DNA from: Ktedonobacterales bacterium
GTDB lineage: Bacteria > Chloroflexota > Ktedonobacteria > Ktedonobacterales > JADMIN01
DNA length: 34,847 nucleotides
Assembly (NCBI GenBank): GCA_025450405.1
Contig: JANWHL010000087.1
Location: 1 to 34,847 of the forward strand
Reading direction: 5' to 3'
In this document: one piece after another, positions 24,564 to 32,099 of the stretch
How positions within the stretch are numbered: the stretch's first letter is position 1
Layout: each line of letters starts with the position of its first letter
Made by a program: the position numbers and the translations under genes
The notes under the pieces: model-generated
Told to the model about the DNA's origin: nothing
The model's database searches: none
What the model saw: the letters and a program-made list of their open reading frames with translations, nothing else

Positions 24564-25757
24564 CTATCTGGCGCACGGGCAGCGCGCGCACTGCTTCTCG
24601 CGGCACCACGCGGCCCAGAGGTGATGGAGTCCTTGCTGGGCGCGCGCACCGGCTGGCTGGCGCCGGAGCCCAAGCTGGCGCGCCATCGCGCGGGTGATCT
24701 GGTTGGCGGGCAGGCCGCCCAGCGCCGCGTAGAGCGCGCGAGACCGGGCGGCAAGGTCCGTGTCGCCTGTGTGGTCCGCCCAGGCGGCGGCGAGAGGCAG
24801 GACGACGTTTGCCAGCAGTATCGCCGCGCGCCCCGGCGAGACGGCGCCGCTGGGCGCGCTGAGCGCGGCCATTAGGTTGCGGATCGTCGTGTCCAGCTCG
24901 AACGTGGCGGACAGGATGGGGCGAAGCGCGGACCAGGGTCCCGCGACCTCCCAGCGCGCATAGAGGGCCAGGAGACCCTCCAGACGGGTGGCATTCAGCA
25001 CGGGCAGGCGTGGCAACTGGCGGGCGAGGGCATCCGGGGCGCCGCCAGCGGCCAGCCACGCGCCCGCCTGACGCAGCGGTTCGCGGTCGCGCCCGTACGC
25101 GAGCCCTTCGGCGAGCGCCGCGAAGAACACACGGTCGGCGGCGGTCCAGCGCGGGACCGCGGTTGGGAGCACGTCGCGCTCGCCGCGCGTTGCGCCGCCC
25201 GCTGCCGCCAGGCGCTCGCCTAGTTGGAACGCGTGAGCCTCGAACCGGGCGTCGCCCGCCGCGGCGAGCAGGGTCCGCACCCCCGACGCGCCGTGGCGGG
25301 CTGCCAGGTCGTGACACGGCCAGCTTGCGACGGAGCTGGCCACGTTGACGCCGTCAGCGTTCGCACAGGCCGTGGGCGCGCTGGCGATCTCCACGACCGA
25401 CGCCCACCGGCCCGACGCCAGCGGCGTGGCCAACACGCCTTCGGCACGCGCCACGACGTGGAGGACGACGCCGTCATAGCGGGCGTCACGGTCGTGGCCA
25501 TGGGCGTGCCAGCCGCCCGCCCGAAGATGCACCTCGACGTCGCCATAGAGACGAGCGCCGTCGCGGCGCAGCAGCACGGCGTCGCGGAAGTCGGGTCCGG
25601 AGGGACCGCCGGGGCGGCCGGGGAAAAGCACGGCGAGGTCGTCGCCGGCAACCGTGCGCAGCCAGCGGCCGGTCAGCTCGCCCGCGCCCCAGCGCGCGAC
25701 TAGCGCCGCCTCGCGCTCCGCGATCGGTGTGGTGGCAGGCATAGCGTCTCCAGGCAT
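24564..25757 (-). CDS. DUF2851-family protein
   Basis: GPDFRDAVLLRRDGARLYGDVEVHLRAGGWHAHGHDRDARYDGVVLHVV and the C-terminal Cys cluster WCREKQCARCPC fit my recollection of DUF2851. Two equivalent SD-ATG starts lie at 25757 and 25742. Confidence 0.6.
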   Translation of the reverse strand: MPGDAMPATTPIAEREAALVARWGAGELTGRWLRTVAGDDLAVLFPGRPGGPSGPDFRDAVLLRRDGARLYGDVEVHLRAGGWHAHGHDRDARYDGVVLHVVARAEGVLATPLASGRWASVVEIASAPTACANADGVNVASSVASWPCHDLAARHGASGVRTLLAAAGDARFEAHAFQLGERLAAAGGATRGERDVLPTAVPRWTAADRVFFAALAEGLAYGRDREPLRQAGAWLAAGGAPDALARQLPRLPVLNATRLEGLLALYARWEVAGPWSALRPILSATFELDTTIRNLMAALSAPSGAVSPGRAAILLANVVLPLAAAWADHTGDTDLAARSRALYAALGGLPANQITRAMARQLGLRRQPAGARAQQGLHHLWAAWCREKQCARCPCAR

Positions 25758-26073
25758 GGCGTCTCCGCGACGGCAACGTACGCGGGCCACGCGTCTGTGG
25801 GCCGCATGTTGGGAAGTCAGGCCGCGTAACCTCGACTTCTTGTTGTACCTGAAACCGTGTAAAATTGCAAGCGTCCGCGTGCCGGGCGAGCGTCCAGGCG
25901 GGTGGCGGCGGGAGTGGTGAGGCGAGGAGGCGCCCTGAAGCGACGCGGGTAATCAGCCGGGCGGCCTTGAAATGCCCTTGACCGGGAGGGCGCCGGGGGA
26001 CCAACGGATGCCACAGCGCGGCCGAAGGAACATTTGCGAACAGTGAATGGCCCTGGGCGCCGTATCCATCCGG

Positions 26074-26103
26074 TTGCGCCCCACAACCGGCTACCCGTAT
26101 AAT
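26074..26103 (+). promoter_or_regulatory. promoter TTGCGC-18 bp-TATAAT upstream of the E1 gene, overlapped by inverted repeat CCGGTTG-n7-CAACCGG (26070-26090)
   Basis: Read directly. The -10 lies 57 nt upstream of ATG 26160. Confidence 0.5.
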
Positions 26104-26159
26104 GGTCGTGTGCGTCTGTATGTGCGGCATTCACGCATGATGACGCGGAGGAGCGTTTG

Positions 26160-28253
26160 ATGACGAACGTCACACCGACCGTCGCGGGCACCGGCGCCCG
26201 CACGCTCGACCCTATCCAGCTCTATCGCACGATGGTGATGGCGCGCACGATGAATGACGTGCTGAAGGCACGCAAGACCCAGGGCAAGTTCCCGTTCTAC
26301 ATCGGCTGCGCCGGCCACGAGTCGATCGCCGCGGTGGTCGCCGCGCTCGAGGACAGGGACTATCTCTCCTTCTACTATCGCGATCTGGCGGGCTGGCTCC
26401 AGCGCACGGGCGACATACACGGGCCGTTGCGCGCGGCGTATGCGCGGGTCACCGATCCCTCGGGCTCGGGCCGCAACATGCCGTCACACTACAGCAGCCC
26501 CAGCCACCGCATCCTGCCCACGTGCAGCGAGGTGGCGGGGCAGGCGCCGTTCGCGGGCGGCTTCGGGTGGGCGCTCAAGCGGCGCGACCAGGGCGAGATC
26601 ATCGCGTTTATCACGGGCGACGGCGGCGCCGCCACCAACGACTTCAATGTGTTGCTGCGGCAGGCCACGGTGCACAAGCTGCCGGTCCTGATGGTGGTGT
26701 GCGACAATCACTGGGCCATCACCACCGAGCGTCAGGCGCAGTGGGCCGGCAACCTCGCCGCCCAGGCGCGCGCGATGGATGCCACGTCGGTCGAGATTGA
26801 CGGCACCGACGCGATGGCGCTCTATGAGGCGATGGTGCCGCTGGTGCGCCGGCTGCGCCAGGGCGAGGGACCCGCCTTCGTGCACCTGCACCTCGGGCTC
26901 CTCGACGCGCACTCCAGCAGCACGGACATCTATCGCTACCGCACGCGCGAGGAGGTCACGGAGACCGCGCGCACCAAGGATCCGGTCACGAAGATGGGGC
27001 GGTGGCTGGTCGAGCGCGGCACGCTGCGCGAGGGCGACTTGCAGCGTATCAAGGACGAGGTCCGTGAGGAGATCGACCGCGCCGAAGAGCAGGTGTTGGG
27101 CGAGCCCGAGCCGGCCCCGGAGCGGGTCACCGAGGGCGTGATCGCGATTCCGAGCACGCATTTGCCGCCGAGCGGCCCCACCAGCCGCAAGCTGATGATC
27201 GAGGCCATCAACGACGGGCTGGTGGAGATCGTCAAGCGCGACCCCGGCTTCTTCGTCTTTGGCCAGGACGTCGGCAGCTCGATCGGCGGCGTGTTCAACG
27301 CCACGGCGCGGCTGGCCAAGGAGTATCCGGGGACGGCGATCAGCAGCGCGCTGAACGAACAGTTCATCGTGGGCATCGCCGCCGGGTGCGGCATGGCCGA
27401 TGGCAAGGCGCGCTGTGGCGAGATCCAGTTCGTGGACTACCACCAGTCGGCCACGCAGACGATCCGGCTGGGGGCGCGCTTCTACTACCAGACGCACGGC
27501 GCGTGGAATTGCCCGGTGGTCCTGCGGATGAAGAGTGGTTCGGGCGGTGGCGGGCCGATCTCGGACAGCGGATCGGGCGGGGGGGCGTTCGGCCATTCGA
27601 ACGCGGGCGAGGTCTGGTTCACCAGCATCCCCGGCGCAATCACGGTGTGCCCCGCCACGCCCTATGACGCCAAGGGACTGCTGATTGCGTCATCGCTCTC
27701 ACAGTCGCCGGTGATCTTCCTCGAGCGCGGTCGGCTCTATCGCGCGGACGTGCCGCACGTCCGCAAGAACGGGGAGCCGATCGCGGAGCTGGCCGCGCTG
27801 TGGAACGTGCCGGACGGCTACTACGCCGAGGAGATCGGGAAGGCGCGGCGGCTGACCATCGGCGCGGGCGCGCCCGTGGCCACGGTGATCAGCTGGGGGA
27901 CGATGCTCCTCGAGTCGGCCATCGCGGCGGCGCGTTTCGCCCAGGCGACCGGCAAGGCGGTGGAGCTGGTGGACCTGCGCACGCTGATGCCATTTGACGA
28001 GGAGGCCATCACGGCGGCGGTGCGCGCGACCAATCGCGCCATCGTGGTCACCGAGGAGGCCGACTTCACGAGCTTTGGGCGGCACATCCACTCCTGGATC
28101 ACCGAGCATCTCTACTGGGACCTCGATAATCCGGCGCTATACATCTCGGCGGTCGCGGCACCCGCCGCGCCCTACGACGCGCCCGAGGAGCAGGCGTTCT
28201 ATCCGACGGCCGATGACATCCTGCGCGGGCTGGAGCGGCTCACGGTGGAATAG
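26160..28253 (+). CDS. thiamine-diphosphate-dependent 2-oxoacid dehydrogenase E1 component, fused alpha/beta subunits
   Basis: ATG 26160 lies 6-7 nt after GGAGGAG. The N-terminal half has the TPP motif GDGGAATNDFNVLLRQATVHKLPVLMVVCDNHWAI. The C-terminal half has beta-subunit/transketolase-like blocks (MIEAINDGL, FGQDVG..GGVF, ALNEQFIVGIAAG, VDLRTLMPFD). Confidence 0.85.
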   Translation: MTNVTPTVAGTGARTLDPIQLYRTMVMARTMNDVLKARKTQGKFPFYIGCAGHESIAAVVAALEDRDYLSFYYRDLAGWLQRTGDIHGPLRAAYARVTDPSGSGRNMPSHYSSPSHRILPTCSEVAGQAPFAGGFGWALKRRDQGEIIAFITGDGGAATNDFNVLLRQATVHKLPVLMVVCDNHWAITTERQAQWAGNLAAQARAMDATSVEIDGTDAMALYEAMVPLVRRLRQGEGPAFVHLHLGLLDAHSSSTDIYRYRTREEVTETARTKDPVTKMGRWLVERGTLREGDLQRIKDEVREEIDRAEEQVLGEPEPAPERVTEGVIAIPSTHLPPSGPTSRKLMIEAINDGLVEIVKRDPGFFVFGQDVGSSIGGVFNATARLAKEYPGTAISSALNEQFIVGIAAGCGMADGKARCGEIQFVDYHQSATQTIRLGARFYYQTHGAWNCPVVLRMKSGSGGGGPISDSGSGGGAFGHSNAGEVWFTSIPGAITVCPATPYDAKGLLIASSLSQSPVIFLERGRLYRADVPHVRKNGEPIAELAALWNVPDGYYAEEIGKARRLTIGAGAPVATVISWGTMLLESAIAAARFAQATGKAVELVDLRTLMPFDEEAITAAVRATNRAIVVTEEADFTSFGRHIHSWITEHLYWDLDNPALYISAVAAPAAPYDAPEEQAFYPTADDILRGLERLTVE

Positions 28254-28280
28254 GCGGGATCCTCTCGCCCACCTCCTGGG

Positions 28281-28351
28281 GTCCTCACCCCCGACCGGTG
28301 GAGTCCTCACCCCCAACCCCTCTCCTCGCGAGGAGAGGGGAGCCGGAGGAG
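28281..28351 (+). repeat. GC-rich palindromic dispersed repeat, copy E (5' box duplicated)
   Basis: GTCCTCACCCCC-gaccggtgga-GTCCTCACCCCCAA-CCCCTCTCC-tcgcga-GGAGAGGGG-AGCCGGAGGAG. The perfect 24-bp palindrome is at 28317-28340. Confidence 0.9.
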
Positions 28352-28643
28352 ACCGGCACAGTGCGCGGTGGTGCGCCCGATGGCCATCCACCTACGCCCG
28401 GCCGGGCGACCGGCATTGAGCGAGCGTAGCGGAACCAATGGTTGCGGCGCGGGATGGTGGCACCAATGGCGGGCGACAGCGCTTAAGCAAGGAGACGCCC
28501 TGGAGGACGCGGGGAATGGCCCGCCGGGCAGGGCGTGCCCGTTGCGGCCGGCCCCTTGCTCGATTCTGTTTAACGCCGAGTGCGGGCCATTGCCCTGGAT
28601 CGGGCGGACTTGCTTTGCGGGTGTGGTGGACGGACGACCATGA

Positions 28644-28661
28644 GTCTCCGGAACCGGAGAC
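28644..28661 (-). terminator. short inverted repeat GTCTCCGG-aa-CCGGAGAC just past the TPR gene stop
   Basis: It lies 7 nt downstream (minus strand) of the TAG at 28668-28670. No U-tract, so it is weak. Confidence 0.35.
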
Positions 28662-28667
28662 CGAGTG

Positions 28668-31409
28668 CTAGCCCATCCGCGCGCGCATGGCCTGAAGCTC
28701 CGAGAGGCGTGTCCGCGCCAGCTCGTTGTTCGGGTCGAGGCGGGCGAGGTTGCGGTAGACGCGCTCGGCCTGGAGGTACTCGCCAACGGCGGCATAGGTC
28801 TGGCCGAGCATCTCGTAGGCGTTGAGGTTGTTCTTGTCCAGGGCGATGAGCTGCTGGAGAGCCTCAACGGCGTCTTTGGTCTGGCGGTTCTTGTAGTAGA
28901 ATTCGGCGATCTGTGCCTGCTGTTGAGCCGCCTCCTGCGCCCGCCCGACCTGGAGACAGTACTGGACCAGGTCGCGGCGCAGCGCCATGTCCTCGGTGGA
29001 ATAGGACGTCGCCTGGTAAAGGGCCTGGATCGCTTCGTCGCGCTTGCCCATGTCCCAGTTGATCTCGGCCATGCGGGCCAGCACGCCGGCGGCGTCGGGG
29101 AGCTGGCCATGGCGCGTGTAGATCTCGGTGAGCTGACCGAGCTCGGATAGCCCTTCATCCAGCAGGCCGCGCTGGATGTGGATCTCGGCCAGCTCGTTGC
29201 GCACGGAGGGATCGTCCGGGGCGAGCCGCGCCATCTCGCGCAGCACGGTGATGGCGTTCTCCACCATGCGGTTGCCGCGATAGTGGCGGACGAGCTGGGC
29301 GTATTCGCGCAATTGGGCCTGGGTGTCGCCCTGCTTGGCGGAGACTTCGGCCAGGGCGCGGTAGACCTCGTCGTTGTAGGGGCGGGACTCCTTGACCGAC
29401 TGCAAGGTGTTCTGCATCTTGCCGACCTGGCCAGCGAGCTGATACGCGCGCGCCAGCAGCATGGAAATCTCGATATCGGGGGCCAGTCGCTCTTCGCCCT
29501 CGTTGCGCGGACGGGCGGCCCAGACAGTGGGCTCGGGGGCCTGGCCGCGGACGATGCCGGCGGCGTCCTCGAGGTCGCGCACGGCCTGGGCGGCGGCGTC
29601 GGGGGTGCCGGTCATCAGCAGGGCCTGTCCGGCGCCATAGCGCGCCAGGATCTCCATGCCGGGGACGTTGATGATCTGCTGAAAGGTGGTCAGGGCCTCC
29701 TGCTGGCGGCCGGCGGCGAGGTGAACCTCCGCTAGGGCGTAGCGCAGGTCGGCGTTGGCCGGGCTGGTCTCCAGCGCCTGGATGTATTCGCGCGTGACGG
29801 TGTCGTAGCTGCGCAGATTCTCTGCCCGCAGCGCTTTGATCAGGCGGCTGAGCACTTCGAGCGCCGCCGCCCGGCCCGTGTTGATGCCTGGCATGCCTCC
29901 GGGCATGCCTCCGGGCATGCCTCCGGGCATCGGCCCAGACATCCCGCCCGGTGGAGATCCAATGCCGCTGGCGAGGGCGATCTGGTAGCGCGAGAGGGCG
30001 CTCATGTTGCCAGGATCGGTCGTGAGCACACGCTGGTACTCGGCCATCGCCTGGGAGCCCTTGCCCGCCTTCAGCAGCGCGTGGGCGTAGCTCAAGCGCA
30101 CCTGGGTGTTGCCGGGGTTGGCCAGCAGCGCTTGCTCGTACTCCTGGACGGCGCGATCGGCGTAGCCCAGACGCATGTACGAGTCGGCGGCGGCCATGCG
30201 CTCCTGGAGCACCTCGTCGGTGCGGCCCTGGCGTGTCAACAGTTCGATCAGCTTGACGCGATAGGTGAGGTTGTTCGGCTCCAATTGGAGGATACGGCGA
30301 TACGTGGCGATCGCGTCGTCGTAGCGACCATTTACGAGGTAGGTGTCCACCAAAATGGCGTATTTGGCGATGGCCTGCTCGATCTTGCCCTGGCGGACGT
30401 AGATCTCGCCGAGCATCAGGTGGATGTCGAGATACTGCGGGGCGACCTCGATGACGCGCAGACACTCTTCGACGGCCGCCGTGAGCAGGCCGTGGGCAAC
30501 GTAATTGCTGATCTCACGGACCGCGTTGGCCACCTGGCTGCGCTGGGGCTCGGGGAGGCTGGGCATGGCTCGGCCGCCGGCGCCGCCCGAGAACGAAGCG
30601 ATCAGGTCGGCCAGAGGGTCGCCGCCCATCCCCATGGGCGAGGGACTGAAGCCGGCTCCGGCGTACGGGTCCCCAGCCATGCCACCGGGCATGCCACCAG
30701 GCATGGCCCCAGCCATTCCACCAGGTATGCCGCCGCCCATCGGCTGGGGCGCGATGCCGTGCGCGGCGCGCTGGGCGAGCTGGGGCATGTGGCCGCCCAC
30801 CGGGCGGGTGGGATCGGCGCGACGCCGCGGGGGTGGCGGGCCGCCGGTGCTCTCGGCCATCAGGTGCTCGACCTCGGCCACCTGGTCCTGCCAGCCGCGG
30901 CTGCGGAGGAAGCCGAGCAGCGCGCTGTAGACCGTTTCGGCGCCTTCGAGGTCGCCCATCTCGCGATGCGCTTCGGCGGCCTCCTGGCAGAGCTGGATCA
31001 GCTGATCCGACTCGTCACGGGCCAGCGCGTCCAGGTTGATGCGATCCACCGCTTCGTCGAAGTACTGGGCCGCCTCGCGAATATTGCCGCGGGCACGGGC
31101 GCACTGGCCGAGGGCGTAGTAGCAGGAGAGCGCGTAGTCGGGATCGCCCAGGAGATACTGGAACTGGTCGGCGGCCTCATCCCAACGTTCGACCTCCTGG
31201 TAGAGCCAGCCGAGGAAGTAACGCGCGTCCGGGCGGTCCACACCGTGGTCCAGCAGCTCTTCGCAGAGGGCGATGGCCTCCCCAATGTGGCCCTCCTGCT
31301 GGAGGTCCTGCGCCTCGCGCAGTGCGGACGAGACTTGCGACGCGCTCATTCCGCGCGCACCGCCACGGCCCTCGTCGCCCCAGTCCCTCCCGGAGTTCGC
31401 CCTACCCAT
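28668..31409 (-). CDS. large tetratricopeptide-repeat (TPR) protein with two Pro/Gly/Met low-complexity inserts
   Basis: ATG 31409 lies 7 nt after GGGAG. It has many 34-aa TPR-like units (e.g. AIAKYAILVDTYLVNGRYDDAIATYRRILQLEPNN). The inserts are GGGIPGGMAGAMPGGMPGGMAG and GGMSGPMPGGMPGGMPGGMPG. Confidence 0.85.
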   Translation of the reverse strand: MGRANSGRDWGDEGRGGARGMSASQVSSALREAQDLQQEGHIGEAIALCEELLDHGVDRPDARYFLGWLYQEVERWDEAADQFQYLLGDPDYALSCYYALGQCARARGNIREAAQYFDEAVDRINLDALARDESDQLIQLCQEAAEAHREMGDLEGAETVYSALLGFLRSRGWQDQVAEVEHLMAESTGGPPPPRRRADPTRPVGGHMPQLAQRAAHGIAPQPMGGGIPGGMAGAMPGGMPGGMAGDPYAGAGFSPSPMGMGGDPLADLIASFSGGAGGRAMPSLPEPQRSQVANAVREISNYVAHGLLTAAVEECLRVIEVAPQYLDIHLMLGEIYVRQGKIEQAIAKYAILVDTYLVNGRYDDAIATYRRILQLEPNNLTYRVKLIELLTRQGRTDEVLQERMAAADSYMRLGYADRAVQEYEQALLANPGNTQVRLSYAHALLKAGKGSQAMAEYQRVLTTDPGNMSALSRYQIALASGIGSPPGGMSGPMPGGMPGGMPGGMPGINTGRAAALEVLSRLIKALRAENLRSYDTVTREYIQALETSPANADLRYALAEVHLAAGRQQEALTTFQQIINVPGMEILARYGAGQALLMTGTPDAAAQAVRDLEDAAGIVRGQAPEPTVWAARPRNEGEERLAPDIEISMLLARAYQLAGQVGKMQNTLQSVKESRPYNDEVYRALAEVSAKQGDTQAQLREYAQLVRHYRGNRMVENAITVLREMARLAPDDPSVRNELAEIHIQRGLLDEGLSELGQLTEIYTRHGQLPDAAGVLARMAEINWDMGKRDEAIQALYQATSYSTEDMALRRDLVQYCLQVGRAQEAAQQQAQIAEFYYKNRQTKDAVEALQQLIALDKNNLNAYEMLGQTYAAVGEYLQAERVYRNLARLDPNNELARTRLSELQAMRARMG
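29890..29925. repeat. 12-bp tandem repeat GGCATGCCTCCG x3 (perfect, with partial flanking units), encoding (PGGM)n on the minus strand
   Basis: Read directly. A degenerate second tract lies at about 30665-30735. Confidence 0.9.
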
Positions 31410-31647
31410 TCGTCGCTCCCATTCGCCAGGTCAGATCGATGGACAGTGGCGGCCCTTTTCCCCATGCTGGCAAGCCACGACCGCGCGCCCGAGGTGCCGG
31501 CGAGCGATCGGGCGCGCCACAGCCCGGACGCGCCGGTGGCCGGAATGCGCCGGTCACGCGGGTGCGCCGTGCGGGGGCATGAGCGGCGGGGCGGCTTCCG
31601 TGCCTCGCCGGGCACCGTGAGTCCCCCTGCCGGCCGGGCTCGCGCGT

Positions 31648-31656
31648 AGTATAGCA
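31648..31656 (-). promoter_or_regulatory. extended -10 TGCTATACT (minus strand), ~240 nt upstream of the TPR gene
   Basis: Plus strand AGTATAGCA equals minus strand TGCTATACT. TGGACT lies 16 bp upstream as a possible -35. The site is part of the 13-bp palindrome AGTATAGCATACT. Confidence 0.45.
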
Positions 31657-31694
31657 TACTCAGCAAACGAGTCCATCGCGCCCGGGACCCCCGA

Positions 31695-31716
31695 TAGGCC
31701 CAATGGGGTGGGCCTA
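31695..31716 (-). terminator. hairpin TAGGCCCA-n6-TGGGCCTA downstream of the small acidic ORF (a second hairpin GCGCA-n5-TGCGC is adjacent)
   Basis: Read directly. It sits between the stop at 31759 and the promoter element at 31648. No U-tract. Confidence 0.4.
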
Positions 31717-31758
31717 CGCGCACGCGATGCGCAGGTTACGAGCGGTGTATGCGGATGG

Positions 31759-31989
31759 TCAGCGGTAGACGGTCTTGCGGGCACTCCGCTGTTGGTCGTA
31801 TTCTTCGAAATCGACGGCATCGCCTAACGCAAACTCCGCGCGCGCTTCAGCAAGCGCGGCCAAGAGGTCAGGAGATTGCTCCCACTCCTGATCCTCCAGC
31901 TCAGCGAGGATCATCTGGGCGATCTGTCGTTGTTCTTCCGCGGGCCGCCGTTCGGCGAGTTCGACGGCACGCCGCGGCTCATCTACCAT
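31759..31989 (-). CDS. small acidic hypothetical protein, antitoxin-like (no partner toxin seen)
   Basis: ATG 31989 lies 7 nt after GGAGAA; the upstream ATG at 32016 has no SD. MVDEPRRAVELAERRPAEEQRQIAQMILAELEDQEWEQSPDLLAALAEARAEFALGDAVDFEEY resembles small addiction-module-type antitoxin-like proteins. This family call is from memory only. Confidence 0.5.
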   Translation of the reverse strand: MVDEPRRAVELAERRPAEEQRQIAQMILAELEDQEWEQSPDLLAALAEARAEFALGDAVDFEEYDQQRSARKTVYR

Positions 31990-32036
31990 TGGCGTTTCTC
32001 CAGGGCTGGCCACCATTTAGCGGAAGCGTTTAGCAG

Positions 32037-32045
32037 AGTATAGCA
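32037..32045 (-). promoter_or_regulatory. extended -10 TGCTATACT (minus strand) upstream of the small acidic ORF
   Basis: Plus strand AGTATAGCA. It is the same 9-mer as at 31648-31656. Confidence 0.45.
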
Positions 32046-32099
32046 CTCCCGGAGCCGCGACGGCTCTCCGTCCGCTCCCAGATGGTGAGACGCTGAAGC

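Noticed and set aside
28368-28643. 91-aa plus-strand ORF in the 414-bp convergent spacer between the E1 and TPR genes
   Set aside because: It has no SD, a Gly/Arg/Pro/Trp-rich composition and poor third-position bias, and it begins inside the dispersed repeat tail. I treat the spacer as non-coding. It is long enough to merit an Rfam scan.
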